From positions 1 to 64,000 of IMG/VR virus record IMGVR_UViG_3300036770_007539: a stretch of DNA of 64,000 bases, one strand, 5' to 3'. The notes beneath the pieces are model-generated. The model was not told the origin of the DNA. It did not search any database and saw only the letters and a program-made list of their open reading frames with translations. This document shows positions 1-10,140 of the stretch, piece by piece (within the stretch, counting starts at the first letter, position 1; the number at the start of each line of letters is the position of its first letter). A program made the translations under genes and the position numbers.

Positions 1-5
1 TAAAA

Positions 6-992
6 TTGGAATTGAAGTTTAATATGGCACAAAAGATAATTCATGGAACAGTTTTAGATTATTTACTAGCTCTTAGAAATAAAACAGCTAAGTTTGGTAA
101 AGATGTTTTAGCGCCTTATGATGCCACTAAAATGCTATGTTTTGGCTTTCAATGTCCCGATGGGATACATTTAATTGGTGTAAATACAATTAGATATTAT
201 TATAATATTAGCCACGTATTGCCTGATATTCCAGGCGTAATTTGTATGAAAAATAATTCTTCAAATAGGAACGAAAATGGGGTAGATTCCTTTATTAAAA
301 GCTGTAAAGAAGCTATTGACAATGGTTTGTCAGATAGAATTCAATTATTGAATGAGCTACATTGAAGTTTAAATTAAAAGGAAAAAAATATGAAAGAATA
401 TCTTTTTGTTCTCGTTCCAAGCGAGAGTGGCGGTCATTTTGAAGCTATTTTTGAATCTGAAAAAAGCGTAGAAGCTTTTGATTATTTTCGCGATCAAAAA
501 GATAAAAAGAGATATCCAAGATTATATTTAGGATCTTGGTCAGGGGGAATGTTGCCATTAGCTTCTTCTCTTAAATTAATCGAATCTTGAGGAGCAATAA
601 TTAAAACCATGGAAACATTTCAAGCTACTTGGAATCAAAATTATGCCATTGATCGATTTGATCTTGAGGATAATTGCTACCGCTTAATTGGTTGGATTAC
701 CCGAAATAGAATCGATAACAATCCAGAACCAAGCCAAGTTTACATCATGCGAAACGAATTTGGCTATGTTACTCATTACCGCAACGATGGTCATCCAGAA
801 GCTAAATATATTTGGAGAGTTTGGTGGGCTGAGAGAGATGAAAAAGGATATTACAAAGGCGAAAGCTCTTCCGATGAAATTCAATATCTAACCATGGAAG
901 AAGCTAAACAAGCCTTGGAAAAAAGATTTCTCCCTCCAGAAGCTAAAGTTAAAACAGTTTCAGATCCAAGAAACTTTACCAATTACTCTTGA
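6..992 (+). other. Three hypothetical phage ORFs (6-365, 390-590, 609-992)
   Basis: Co-oriented, closely spaced ORFs with SD-like AAGGA/GAGGAG upstream, ending at a terminator; no recognisable motifs. Confidence 0.7.
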
Positions 993-995
993 AAT

Positions 996-1023
996 AAAAC
1001 CGGCAACCTAAATTGCCGGTTTT
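996..1023. terminator. Bidirectional intrinsic terminator
   Basis: AAAACCGGCAA-cctaaa-TTGCCGGTTTT perfect 11-bp stem with A/T tracts, between convergent genes. Confidence 0.85.
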
Positions 1024-1045
1024 CGTTTTAACATTTAGCTCTCTC

Positions 1046-2443
1046 TCATCCAGGACTTAATTGAATGGAATATGTTACCGTCACAATTCCATTCTCAGGC
1101 TGAGGGAATGATAACCCCCTAAATGCCCCCACAATACAATTAACAACTCCAGCATCAGGCAAATCCGAACCGCCATTTCCTGATTGTGCTACTGAGCCAT
1201 CTCTACCAATTACAAATCGAACAGCTACTCTGCCAGCTAAGCTTGGATTAGTTCTTAGTCCAGCCTCATAACATGCGCGATATCGTCCGAAATTTTGTCT
1301 AATAGTGCGCCTGATTATTTCCGGGGGAATTCTTCCAGATGCCACCGTCTCTCCTTGCCTCATCACGATTGACTTAGGTACATGCTTTCCAGGCAAAGGT
1401 CTGCTACTACTAAAACCCTGAAACATATTGTTACCTAGTCCGCCAATATTATTTCCTACTCCAATTCCTTCCCCTGGTCCTCCGCTACCTTCTCCAATTC
1501 CAGACAGCCCTAAACCATTACTTCCGAACCCTTCTCCAATTTCGGGAGCCCACATATTGCCATTGGCACTGGACAAATCATTTCCTAAAGAATCATCCCG
1601 TCCCCAAGGTGCCGTTGGAGAATTAGGATCTCCGCCCGCACCAGAACTAATTAATCCTATCATCCCGAATTCCATGGCATCTCTTAAAGCATTTTGTCTA
1701 GCTATATGAGGATCGAGATTATTTTGCGGACCTGCAACTCCATATCTTTTATTTGCAGTTGAGGAGTAATTACCCATTGTTCCTTCGCTACCTTTGGATT
1801 TAGCTCCTTGTTCTCCTCCAGAAATGGTTGGACTATTTTCCGTTAAAGTGTTTTCTTCTTGTTTGGTTTCTTTTTCTGCTGCGGCAGCTAAGTATTGTCG
1901 CAATAAAAATCTTTGCTCCATTGACATTTCCCCATCTTCAGAAGCACTTAAAGCGGGCATATAAAAGAAAAATGCTGCTAAAAAAAACAAGTGCATCATT
2001 AAAGATAATCCAAAAAAGCCAACAGATTCTTTATTGAGTTTTAATTTGCTTCCGATAACTTTGCCTGAATTTTGTACGAAAACCACAAAAGAAAATTCTA
2101 AAATTTTAATTTCGGTCGATTCGCCCAAAGATAGTTGAACAGGCTCTTGACTTGGTGGTTGGACGGTGATATGTTGTGAGCTTGGAGAAACTAGCTCTAG
2201 CTGCTCCAACCCTAACTGACTGGTTGGAAAATAATAATCACAGCCAAGATTTTCTCCTATAGTAAAAGATTTGTTAGAATTGATTTGAGCTAGATGAATT
2301 AAATTTTTACCCCAAAAGATCTTAACTTGGTAGGATGTGGAGTTAAGATTATCCGTTTCTTCTGGGGGAATGTCAGGAATAGCCTGAACAAAGCTGTAGT
2401 TAAATTCATCATTCTTAGAAACCGAAACATTATTTTGATTCAT
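1046..2443 (-). CDS. AgmX/PglI C-terminal (TonB_C-like) domain membrane protein, GltG-like, myxobacterial type
   Basis: N-terminal beta-rich (FHA-like) region, one TM helix (FFGLSLMMHLFFLAAFFFYM), Gly-rich linker, C-terminal IRRTIRQNFGRYRACYEAGLRTNPSLAGRVAVRFVIGRDG...FPQPENGIVTVTYSI; SD AGGAG. Confidence 0.85.
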   Translation of the reverse strand: MNQNNVSVSKNDEFNYSFVQAIPDIPPEETDNLNSTSYQVKIFWGKNLIHLAQINSNKSFTIGENLGCDYYFPTSQLGLEQLELVSPSSQHITVQPPSQEPVQLSLGESTEIKILEFSFVVFVQNSGKVIGSKLKLNKESVGFFGLSLMMHLFFLAAFFFYMPALSASEDGEMSMEQRFLLRQYLAAAAEKETKQEENTLTENSPTISGGEQGAKSKGSEGTMGNYSSTANKRYGVAGPQNNLDPHIARQNALRDAMEFGMIGLISSGAGGDPNSPTAPWGRDDSLGNDLSSANGNMWAPEIGEGFGSNGLGLSGIGEGSGGPGEGIGVGNNIGGLGNNMFQGFSSSRPLPGKHVPKSIVMRQGETVASGRIPPEIIRRTIRQNFGRYRACYEAGLRTNPSLAGRVAVRFVIGRDGSVAQSGNGGSDLPDAGVVNCIVGAFRGLSFPQPENGIVTVTYSIQLSPG

Positions 2444-2475
2444 TATTTATCTCCTAAGGGTTAAGGGATAAATGG

Positions 2476-2503
2476 ATAGAAACCCGCCGTTTCAAATAGT
2501 TCC
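2476..2503 (-). promoter_or_regulatory. Candidate ECF (sigmaE-type) promoter for the GltG-like gene
   Basis: Minus strand reads GGAACTa-N16-TCTAT, matching the GGAACTT-N16-TCnAA ECF consensus and spacing. Confidence 0.5.
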
Positions 2504-2528
2504 AAAAAAAATAATATTTTTTTGAGGC

Positions 2529-2557
2529 TTGACGGGAACGGTGGGGTGAGCTATGTT
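2529..2557 (+). promoter_or_regulatory. Sigma70-type early promoter
   Basis: TTGACG-N17-TATGTT followed by SD GAGGA and ATG at 2575. Confidence 0.75.
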
Positions 2558-2574
2558 AGGAGGGCGAGGATATT

Positions 2575-5500
2575 ATGGAAACGAAGCATCAATATCAAGT
2601 TGGAATGATTATTCGACCGGCTGACGGTAGCAATTATCGAGGGGAGATTGTTTATGTTTCCAAGGATGAGGATGTAATTCGTCATCGTTGCTTGAAGACT
2701 GGAAAAATTTACGAGAAAAGTTATTTTGGATTTTTCTGTCGATATTGCACTCTGGAAGAATATGATGAGGCTGAAAAGCGAATCAAAGAAGAGAATGACG
2801 GCTATGACTCTCTATCAGGATAAGCAACAAATGGAAACTTGGACTGATTTAGATGATCAGCCTCTTCCAATTAACAAATTAGTAACTCCATTTCTTTCAG
2901 AGGAAATTCAGGAAAAATATCCTTATCCCTGGAAGAATGGAGAGCCCGTTCTTTATTTGGGAGAAGTTGTTGGCATGAAAGGTCATGGAATTTTTGTTGG
3001 CAATGATGGATTAGTTCGATTCGGATATCATTTAGATTCTTTTAAAATCATTCCAGAAGAAGAGCTATGAGTCTAGAAATAAAAGATAAGTTTTTTGATT
3101 ATCTTACTAAAGATGGTTTCTTTGAAGAAGGAAATATTAAAGATTTTATTTTCTTTGCTTACGAAGATACCATTGGTATATTATACAGCAATCCAGCTTT
3201 AAGTTCAGCCCATAATTGCAACCAATGTCAAGATGAAATTTTGGCATTTGCTCTAAGGGGTCCGTCCAAAGATATTCCTCGTTATTTCTCTGTGGGAGTC
3301 GAGGCATCAATCTTTGCTAAGATTAAGTCTGGATGGCGAGACTCTAAAGGATTTAATTTAAAAAAGGTAATATGGCTTTGAAACATGAAACAATTAAAGA
3401 TTTAATAGAAACTGTTCATTCTAAAGTTTTAGAATTAGGCGTTGGTAATTGCAAAGTTATTTCAACGGATAATCCTTATACTTTGCAAGTAGGATTTACA
3501 ATAGCAAGTGATGCAGAGACAGAGGAACATAGCATCAAGCTTACTAAATTAAAACTTGAACCGCTTTGGCATAAACATTTTGACACTCCGATTAATCGTG
3601 GTAAGCTAGCCGAAGTTTTAGAATCTGGAACCATGCCAACCTGTTAAAAGTTTTTAACAATGATCAAATCTCAATCCGAAGAAAATATGCTAGTTAAAAT
3701 TGTTGAAGAAAACGTTGAGTTAAAATCAAAAGTCTCTTCTTTAGAAAAAGAAAACGAACAATTACGGGCTGCTTTGCTTTGGTACGTTGAAAACGACGAG
3801 ACTAATGAAACCGCTTATAACGAGCCTTGGTTAAAAGGTAAGCGAAAAGCAATGAAGCTACTTGGAATTTCAGAAGATGACGAGTAAAGATATTCAAATT
3901 TTAAAAAGCTGGCAACCATTTAAAATTATTCCAGCCAAGCAATTGGAGCCAAGTTTAGCTCCCGATCTTTATTATGTAGTGGCAGAGGCTCCAACTTTTG
4001 ATTCTTATATTGCTTTTGAGGGATATTTGAATCAATGTGAGCTAGCATGTTCTGCTTTAAATAACAGAGTTTCAACTTCGCTTGCTTATCATGTTCAAAA
4101 AAGTTTAACAGAAAGATTATCATGAGCGTATTAAACGGACCTTCCGAGGGAACTTGGTCAGTTATGGCTGGGAAATGGCTTGAAGAACGGGACCAAGCTA
4201 AGCAAGAATTATATGAAGCAAAGCTAGAAATTGATCGATTGAAATCTGTTATTAAAAATCTAGAAGATTCTTTGGCAGTTAGTTCAGGAAAGAATTATTG
4301 AAAATGGAAAACGAATGGACAACTTACGAATGTCGAGGCTGCGGTCGGCATGAAGAAGCTCATTATAGTTCATTGCCTTGCGATTGGTCACGAATCGAAA
4401 GAATTGATGGACCAAACGGCATTTGTCCTGCTTGCGTTCATGACTTACTAGATGATGTTCTTAATCGACTTCGTGAAGATGGTTATGAAAACGCACATGT
4501 TGTACAAGTCTCAGGCTCAAAGTGATAGGATAGAACCATGGAAACCAAGAAGAGTACTTACAAGGTATATATCGGAGACACCATTTCGGGCTCATCCGAT
4601 ATGCGGTACTATAAGACTCTGGCTGCGGCAGAGCGGAGATTTAACGATCTCAGCCGGAGTTTCCGCAGGAACGGTCATAACAACGTAATTATGGCTGAGA
4701 ACAACACGGTCATCCGATTCTCCTAAGTGCAAACTTCAGGTTCAAAGTGATAGTGTAGAATTATGGAAAACGAATGGATTACCAGCGAAACCGGAACCCG
4801 AACTTTCCGCCATGAGGGCTGGGAGCTAACGGTTTTTGCACATTGTTCTCATCAGATTGATATTTCTGCGCCAAATTCAGATGTAGAAATAGATGTAACG
4901 TCAGAAGGTATTAGTTGTTTTGGTGAGGAGTCAAGCTTCTACTCCTTTTCCGGAGTTCGGTTCACTATTCCTTGGAGAATTATTGAAGAAATTTTAAAAT
5001 TTAAGGCAAGCCAAAATGACGCCCGATGACATTGTAGATTTGAAATGTCGAATCAAAGAACTTGAAGAATTAAATAAAATAGAGAAAATTATGAATCGTT
5101 ACATTCTTAAAAAAGAAATTGTTAATCGTAATGGAATTGTTGTAACAACTTATTTTTGGAATGACGGCAGTAGAAGCGTTGATTCTTCTTGTCATTGTTT
5201 TGGAATTTCGTTTAGAACTCATTCAAATGATAACTGCCTTAATCGAAAATGACCTCCTCTAAAAAACTTTCAACCAGATCCGATGGCGAACGAGAAAGAG
5301 CCAAGCATATCATTTCTCGTTTACGAGGCTGTATTGATGGATTAGAAATAGGTTTGAGAGATTACTCTGCTCCTATCGGGCTTGAAGCGGGAGAAGCAAT
5401 CACTCAAACATCTATTGAACTAGATGCTTATATGCGAGCCGAACAAGATCAAAAGCAATTGCTAAAAATTAAACAAGCCTCAAAAGATTTTATAGAAGTT

Positions 5501-5581
5501 TACGAAAGAATTAGCGATGATAATAATTGGGGATCTTTAGGAGACGTTGAAGATCAATTGAAAGAAGAATTGATAAAATAA
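2575..5581 (+). other. Cluster of about 12 small hypothetical early ORFs, including a 59-aa ORF at 4122-4301 missing from the track
   Basis: Abutting or ATGA-overlapping ORFs of 59-114 aa; 4122-4301 translates MSVLNGPSEGTWSVMAGKWLEERDQAKQ... Confidence 0.7.
4502..4770 (+). repeat. Duplicated ~40-bp promoter/start cassette (4502-4545 and 4727-4770)
   Basis: GTACAAgtcTCAGGcTCAAAGTGATAGgaTAGAAccATGGAAA vs GTGCAAactTCAGGtTCAAAGTGATAGtgTAGAAttATGGAAA; extended -10 (TGnTAGgaT / TGnTAGtgT) lies 6 nt before ATG. Confidence 0.75.
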
Positions 5582-5606
5582 ACCATCAATTATCTGACAT
5601 AATTGC

Positions 5607-6368
5607 ATGTCATATATATATAGACTTGTCGCAGGACCAGATCCTATTAATGTTTCAGCAAGATTGCCTGCCGGATTTTCGTATACTGGCTTTTGGAGCA
5701 CCTCAAAAACCGAAACTGAAAATTTAATAAATGCACATTTGGAGTTTGTAAGTGATTATATGGGTGGCGGCGCATACCCGTGGTCTGATGAACTTACAGT
5801 TCTTACTACGGACTTATCAAATGTAGAAACGGTTGATGAATACGAAAAATATCGTACTGGACCATATCAGCCTGATTTTGATTCTTCTGAAATTTTTGTA
5901 ATAAAAATTAAGGATCTATCTAAAATTACAAAAGAGCCTTGGGATTTTTGGAAGTACGGTAGGAAATTTTATTTTCATCGAGATGATGATCCACAGACCG
6001 AAGCTAGATTAAAAACATATGAAAAAATAAAAGAACTTTCTTTAAAAGAAGATCTTTCTGAAAACGATATCAATTCACTGAACTTGTCCCTAAGAGAACT
6101 AAGGGCGCTCGAACAACAAAATCTGGATCTTGCAGTTGCTCATCCAGATAAGAATCAAAAAGAAAAATCTTTATATGTGGCAGAAGATAATAAGGAGAAC
6201 AATGATAGGCTTGAGCAGCTAATTAACAGATTAATACAAAATAAAAACAATATCTCAAAAGCTTTTTTGCATGAAAAATTTCAAAAAACGTTATCAGCTG
6301 AAGATATTGAAAAAAAAGCAATTTATTTTTATTTTCTTTGCAAAACGTCCTTCTTAAAAAGATCATGA
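5607..6368 (+). CDS. Hypothetical protein, leaderless-type start, C-terminal helix motif
   Basis: 253-aa ORF; AATTATCTGACAT-N6-ATG with no SD; ends IEKKAIYFYFLCKTS. Confidence 0.7.
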   Translation: MSYIYRLVAGPDPINVSARLPAGFSYTGFWSTSKTETENLINAHLEFVSDYMGGGAYPWSDELTVLTTDLSNVETVDEYEKYRTGPYQPDFDSSEIFVIKIKDLSKITKEPWDFWKYGRKFYFHRDDDPQTEARLKTYEKIKELSLKEDLSENDINSLNLSLRELRALEQQNLDLAVAHPDKNQKEKSLYVAEDNKENNDRLEQLINRLIQNKNNISKAFLHEKFQKTLSAEDIEKKAIYFYFLCKTSFLKRS

Positions 6369-6909
6369 AATTAAATATTGAAGAATTATCCCGTGATAAA
6401 AACAAATCATTAAGCTCTCAGCCAATAATTAAATCCGGCTCCAACAAAGGCTTTAGACAGATTGAGAAAAATGGAAACTGGATCTATTTAGATGGCTATG
6501 ATTACCATTGCCGTCAACAAGAAAAATCCATTCATTTTAATTACGTTAAAACATTAATTAATTTAGGCTTCCGAATCGGATCTTGTGATTTGGATGGCGT
6601 AAAATCTTTTTATATTTTCAAAAGTAAGGAAACAAATCCATGAGCGATAACGAAAAATATTGGCAAGAACGTCGAGCCGATTTACAATTCTGCCTAGATA
6701 ATAATCTAGTTTTTAAAATTACTCATCAAGACTTAGAACAAGAGAACATCTTTCTCAAAGAAGAAAGGCAAAGATTAATTAAAAAATTAGAAGAAATAGA
6801 AAATCTCTCTAAATATGCCTGGGAACAAGTGGATCGCAACCCAGAAGAAGCAAAAGAACTATTTAAAATGATTTTTACAAAAAGCAAATGAACCCAGGAG
6901 AAAATATAC

Positions 6910-7509
6910 ATGACTTGCATTGCCGCATTAGTTGAAAACAATACAGTTTATATGGGAGGCGATTCTGCTGGAATTGCCGGATTATCTATTACCGTTCGCT
7001 CTGATGAAAAAGTTTTTATTAATGGTCCATTTATCATTGGAATTACTGGATCGTTCAGAATGTCCGATCTCCTGAGGTATAAACTCGACCCACCAAAACA
7101 AACCGTTCATCGAGATGATCGAGCTTATCTTGTTACCGATTTTGTTGATAGTCTGAGAAAATGTTTCTCTGCCAATGGTTTTGGAGATAAAGATGCTACC
7201 GTTGGAGGGACTTTCCTCCTAGGATATAAAGGAACACTGTATTCCGTTCAAAAGGATTATCAAATTGGAATTCCCAGCACCCAATATGATGCCGCTGGTT
7301 GCGGAGCAGATTTAGCTCTAGGTTCTCTTCATTCTACAGCTAAACTTAATCTTAAGCCAGAACAGCGCATTACTATGGCTTTAGAAGCTGCTAGTACCTT
7401 TAGCGCAGGAGTTTCTCCGCCATTCTTGGTTATGAAACAAGAATATAAAGATCCGGAAGCACCAAAGAAAAAATCACAGCCTGCCGCCCCAAAGAAAAAG
7501 AAAAAATAA
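6910..7509 (+). CDS. HslV/proteasome beta-type N-terminal threonine protease, paralog 1, Lys-rich tail
   Basis: M-T(1)CIAA...GGDS...DEK(33)VF...GITGS...AGCGA; tail APKKKSQPAAPKKKKK. Confidence 0.8.
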   Translation: MTCIAALVENNTVYMGGDSAGIAGLSITVRSDEKVFINGPFIIGITGSFRMSDLLRYKLDPPKQTVHRDDRAYLVTDFVDSLRKCFSANGFGDKDATVGGTFLLGYKGTLYSVQKDYQIGIPSTQYDAAGCGADLALGSLHSTAKLNLKPEQRITMALEAASTFSAGVSPPFLVMKQEYKDPEAPKKKSQPAAPKKKKK

Positions 7510-7601
7510 ATAATTAACATAACCGCCAATATACATTGCAATTATTTTGCATATACTTACGGCGCAAGAGGTAAGTCAACAGCAAACCCAAAAGGAGCTT
7601 C

Positions 7602-8273
7602 ATGACTGCTATCTCCGGAGTATCGATAAATAACACAGTGTATATCGGCGGTGATTCCGCTGGAATTTCTGGTCTTTCTGTAACAATTCGATCTGATGAA
7701 AAGGTCTTTACAGTTGGACCATTTTTATTTGGAATCGCTGGCAGCTTTAGAATGGGAAACATTCTTCGTTACAAATTCAAAGCTCCCAAACAAAAACCAA
7801 ATCAAACCGATATGGCTTATTTGGTAACTGACTTCGTAGATTGTTTACGTGCATATTTTGCAGCCAATGGATTTGGAGACAAAGATGCTACCATTGGAGG
7901 AAACTTTTTGCTTGGGTACAAAGGCAATCTTTATAACATTGATGCTGATTTTCAAGTAGGAATTCCCAGCACTCAATACGATGCCATTGGTTGCGGAGCA
8001 GAATTAGCATTGGGATCTTTGCATACCACTTCGCAATTTGATATTACCCCAGAGGAAAGACTTCGTTTATCATTGGATGCGGCAAGCAAATTCAATGCAG
8101 GCGTAGCTCCTCCATTTGTTATTCTTTCTCAAAAATACGATCCTAAAAAAGAAAAACTAGAAGCTAAAGCAAAAGCCAAGGCAAAAAGCAAAGAACCCAA
8201 AGCCAAAGCAAAATCCAAAGCTAAAATTGAAGTAACAATGGAAAAACAAGCTTCGGCAAAAAAGAAAAAATAA
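7602..8273 (+). CDS. HslV/proteasome beta-type threonine protease, paralog 2, Lys/Ala-rich tail
   Basis: M-T(1)AISG...GGDS...DEKVF...GIAGS...IGCGA; highly similar to the preceding ORF; tail KAKAKAKAKSKEPKAKAKSKAK...AKKKK. Confidence 0.8.
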   Translation: MTAISGVSINNTVYIGGDSAGISGLSVTIRSDEKVFTVGPFLFGIAGSFRMGNILRYKFKAPKQKPNQTDMAYLVTDFVDCLRAYFAANGFGDKDATIGGNFLLGYKGNLYNIDADFQVGIPSTQYDAIGCGAELALGSLHTTSQFDITPEERLRLSLDAASKFNAGVAPPFVILSQKYDPKKEKLEAKAKAKAKSKEPKAKAKSKAKIEVTMEKQASAKKKK

Positions 8274-8296
8274 TTCGTTCTTAATTAAAAAGATTC

Positions 8297-8331
8297 AGCC
8301 CCTTGACAGGATTTGTTCGAGGGGCTATTCT
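8297..8331 (+). promoter_or_regulatory. Sigma70 promoter overlapping a terminator-like hairpin
   Basis: TTGACA(8303)-N17-TATTCT inside the AGCCCCT...AGGGGCT inverted repeat. Confidence 0.75.
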
Positions 8332-8547
8332 CTTTGTGGCGGCAGAGGATTGTGCTGCAAGGAGTTAAAAAATGACCTACGAAGATCATCAGAAATTTAA
8401 ATGGCTTTCTATTTATGGGGCATATGTCGCAGTTCAATGCCATCAAAGAATGATAGATGGTCATGGCGGCGATTTGTCAGATGTTATTGAAAGCATTAAA
8501 GCAGATGCAGAAGCTGTTGCCGATTGGGCACTTGAAGGAGAAGCAAA

Positions 8548-8997
8548 ATGACTTGGGTAATTAAAGAAACTTATTCCGATTCTAAAAAGAAAATTTCCAT
8601 TTACTGTTGCAATGTCCATTGTACCAAATGGAGCACGAGTCAATCGGAAGCCTTTAAATTCAAAGGTAAAGATTCTGCTTATAAAGCTTTGAATCGTTTA
8701 AAGAGTCTTGGTTCCAATGCAAAATTGGTTCGCCTCAAGCCAAAGCAAGAATTAGTTCATCCTGAGAATGGTACGGTGTTTCTGGACTTGACAATGCCAA
8801 CTCCAGAACCTAATATCGTGGTGTGCGTCTATGAGGAGCTTGGTGAAGATTTTGGAGAAGAAGCAGGAGATAATGTTTATTATGTCTGTACGGTAAACTC
8901 CATGTCTACCAAAAGCGAAGATATTTTCTGCGAGCTTTCCGAGTATCATCAATTTTTGCGAGAAGGCAAGATTCAAGTAATCTGGGAACCGACATGA
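8548..8997 (+). CDS. Hypothetical protein, MTW-family member 1
   Basis: MTWVIK...SQSEAFKF...; shares N- and C-terminal domains with 8994-9452. Confidence 0.7.
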   Translation: MTWVIKETYSDSKKKISIYCCNVHCTKWSTSQSEAFKFKGKDSAYKALNRLKSLGSNAKLVRLKPKQELVHPENGTVFLDLTMPTPEPNIVVCVYEELGEDFGEEAGDNVYYVCTVNSMSTKSEDIFCELSEYHQFLREGKIQVIWEPT

Positions 8998-9452
8998 CTT
9001 GGATATTAAAAAATAAAAACGGCTATTATTACAAATCAGGAATGGATATTATTCCTTTGAATTTTACCAATGTTAAATCTTCTGCATCACAAAAAGAAGC
9101 ATGTCGTTTCGAGCAAAAAACAAATGCCGAACTGACAAAAAATTGTCTTAATGCCAGCTTTGTTAAAGCAAACGCTGAGGAATACAAAGTTATCAAACTT
9201 AAATCGCCCGAAGATAGCGAGTCTTTGTTGCCGCAAGTAGATACTGTATTTTACGATGATGTTTTTGGAATTCCGCACCTTGTATGTAAGGTTAACAAAG
9301 ATCCTAAAAACTCTTCTGAGTATGAAATTTGGACGGCATGTTCTGCTAACAAAAATTATTATTGGGGCAGTGATAAAGATTGGCGCACCTTTTTAAATAA
9401 AGGCAGAATTAAAATTTTGTGGGAGCGGGATCAAAATGACTTGGATTGTTAA
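8994..9452 (+). CDS. Hypothetical protein, MTW-family member 2
   Basis: MTWILK...SQKEACRF...; ATGA overlap with the previous gene. Confidence 0.7.
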   Translation: MTWILKNKNGYYYKSGMDIIPLNFTNVKSSASQKEACRFEQKTNAELTKNCLNASFVKANAEEYKVIKLKSPEDSESLLPQVDTVFYDDVFGIPHLVCKVNKDPKNSSEYEIWTACSANKNYYWGSDKDWRTFLNKGRIKILWERDQNDLDC

Positions 9453-10137
9453 ATTAAGCGATGGAAGATATTACGTTAGGAAATATCTTGAAGCTCCGGG
9501 ATCTGTTCCTGAAATTAGCTTTACTTACCATCAAGCCGAGGCTTTCAAATTTCCTAGCGCAATAGATGCTCATTCTACTAAAGAATGGCTTGAATCTACT
9601 CATTCAAAAGCTGAAGTTATTAAATTTTCGGATAAAATTATGAACAAAAAAGAATTAAATCGAAAAGCTGCAATTGCCGTAATTAGTGACCTCATTGAAA
9701 AGATTTCTCTCTCATATAGAGATCAAGTCTCTCAAGCATTAGATGTTTTGGGAGCCACTACAGACGAAAGAGTTTCCGTTTTAGGCAAGCTAGATAGCGC
9801 AGTTGAAGGCGCTCACAAATTATTTAGGCGAACAACACATGTTGATTCTCAAACTCTTTTAGCGAAAATTGATAGCTGTCTTTTTGAGGATGACTGGGAC
9901 TTTGATAGCGTGATCATTAATCACGATGATTTCATTGAGTTGTTTGTAAAAAATCTTGACAAAGTTCGTAGCAGGTATAATGAAAACTCATCAGATGATG
10001 AGGTTCTAAAGCATCTAGAACCGATGAAAACTGGTCGTGGCGGAACCTTGAGGAATCGTCATGGAAATGTCAGTAAAACAATTTATTGGAGCTACGAAAT
10101 AGATCGTGGCGAAGTTCTTGGCTGTAAGAAATTTTGA
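9436..10137 (+). CDS. Hypothetical protein, MTW-family member 3 (different C-terminal domain)
   Basis: MTWIVK...HQAEAFKF...; unrelated C-terminal ~165 aa. Confidence 0.7.
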   Translation: MTWIVKLSDGRYYVRKYLEAPGSVPEISFTYHQAEAFKFPSAIDAHSTKEWLESTHSKAEVIKFSDKIMNKKELNRKAAIAVISDLIEKISLSYRDQVSQALDVLGATTDERVSVLGKLDSAVEGAHKLFRRTTHVDSQTLLAKIDSCLFEDDWDFDSVIINHDDFIELFVKNLDKVRSRYNENSSDDEVLKHLEPMKTGRGGTLRNRHGNVSKTIYWSYEIDRGEVLGCKKF

Positions 10138-10140
10138 ATC

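Noticed and set aside
1428-1709. Pro-rich 93-aa + strand ORF
   Set aside because: Antisense shadow of Gly codons in the GltG-like gene
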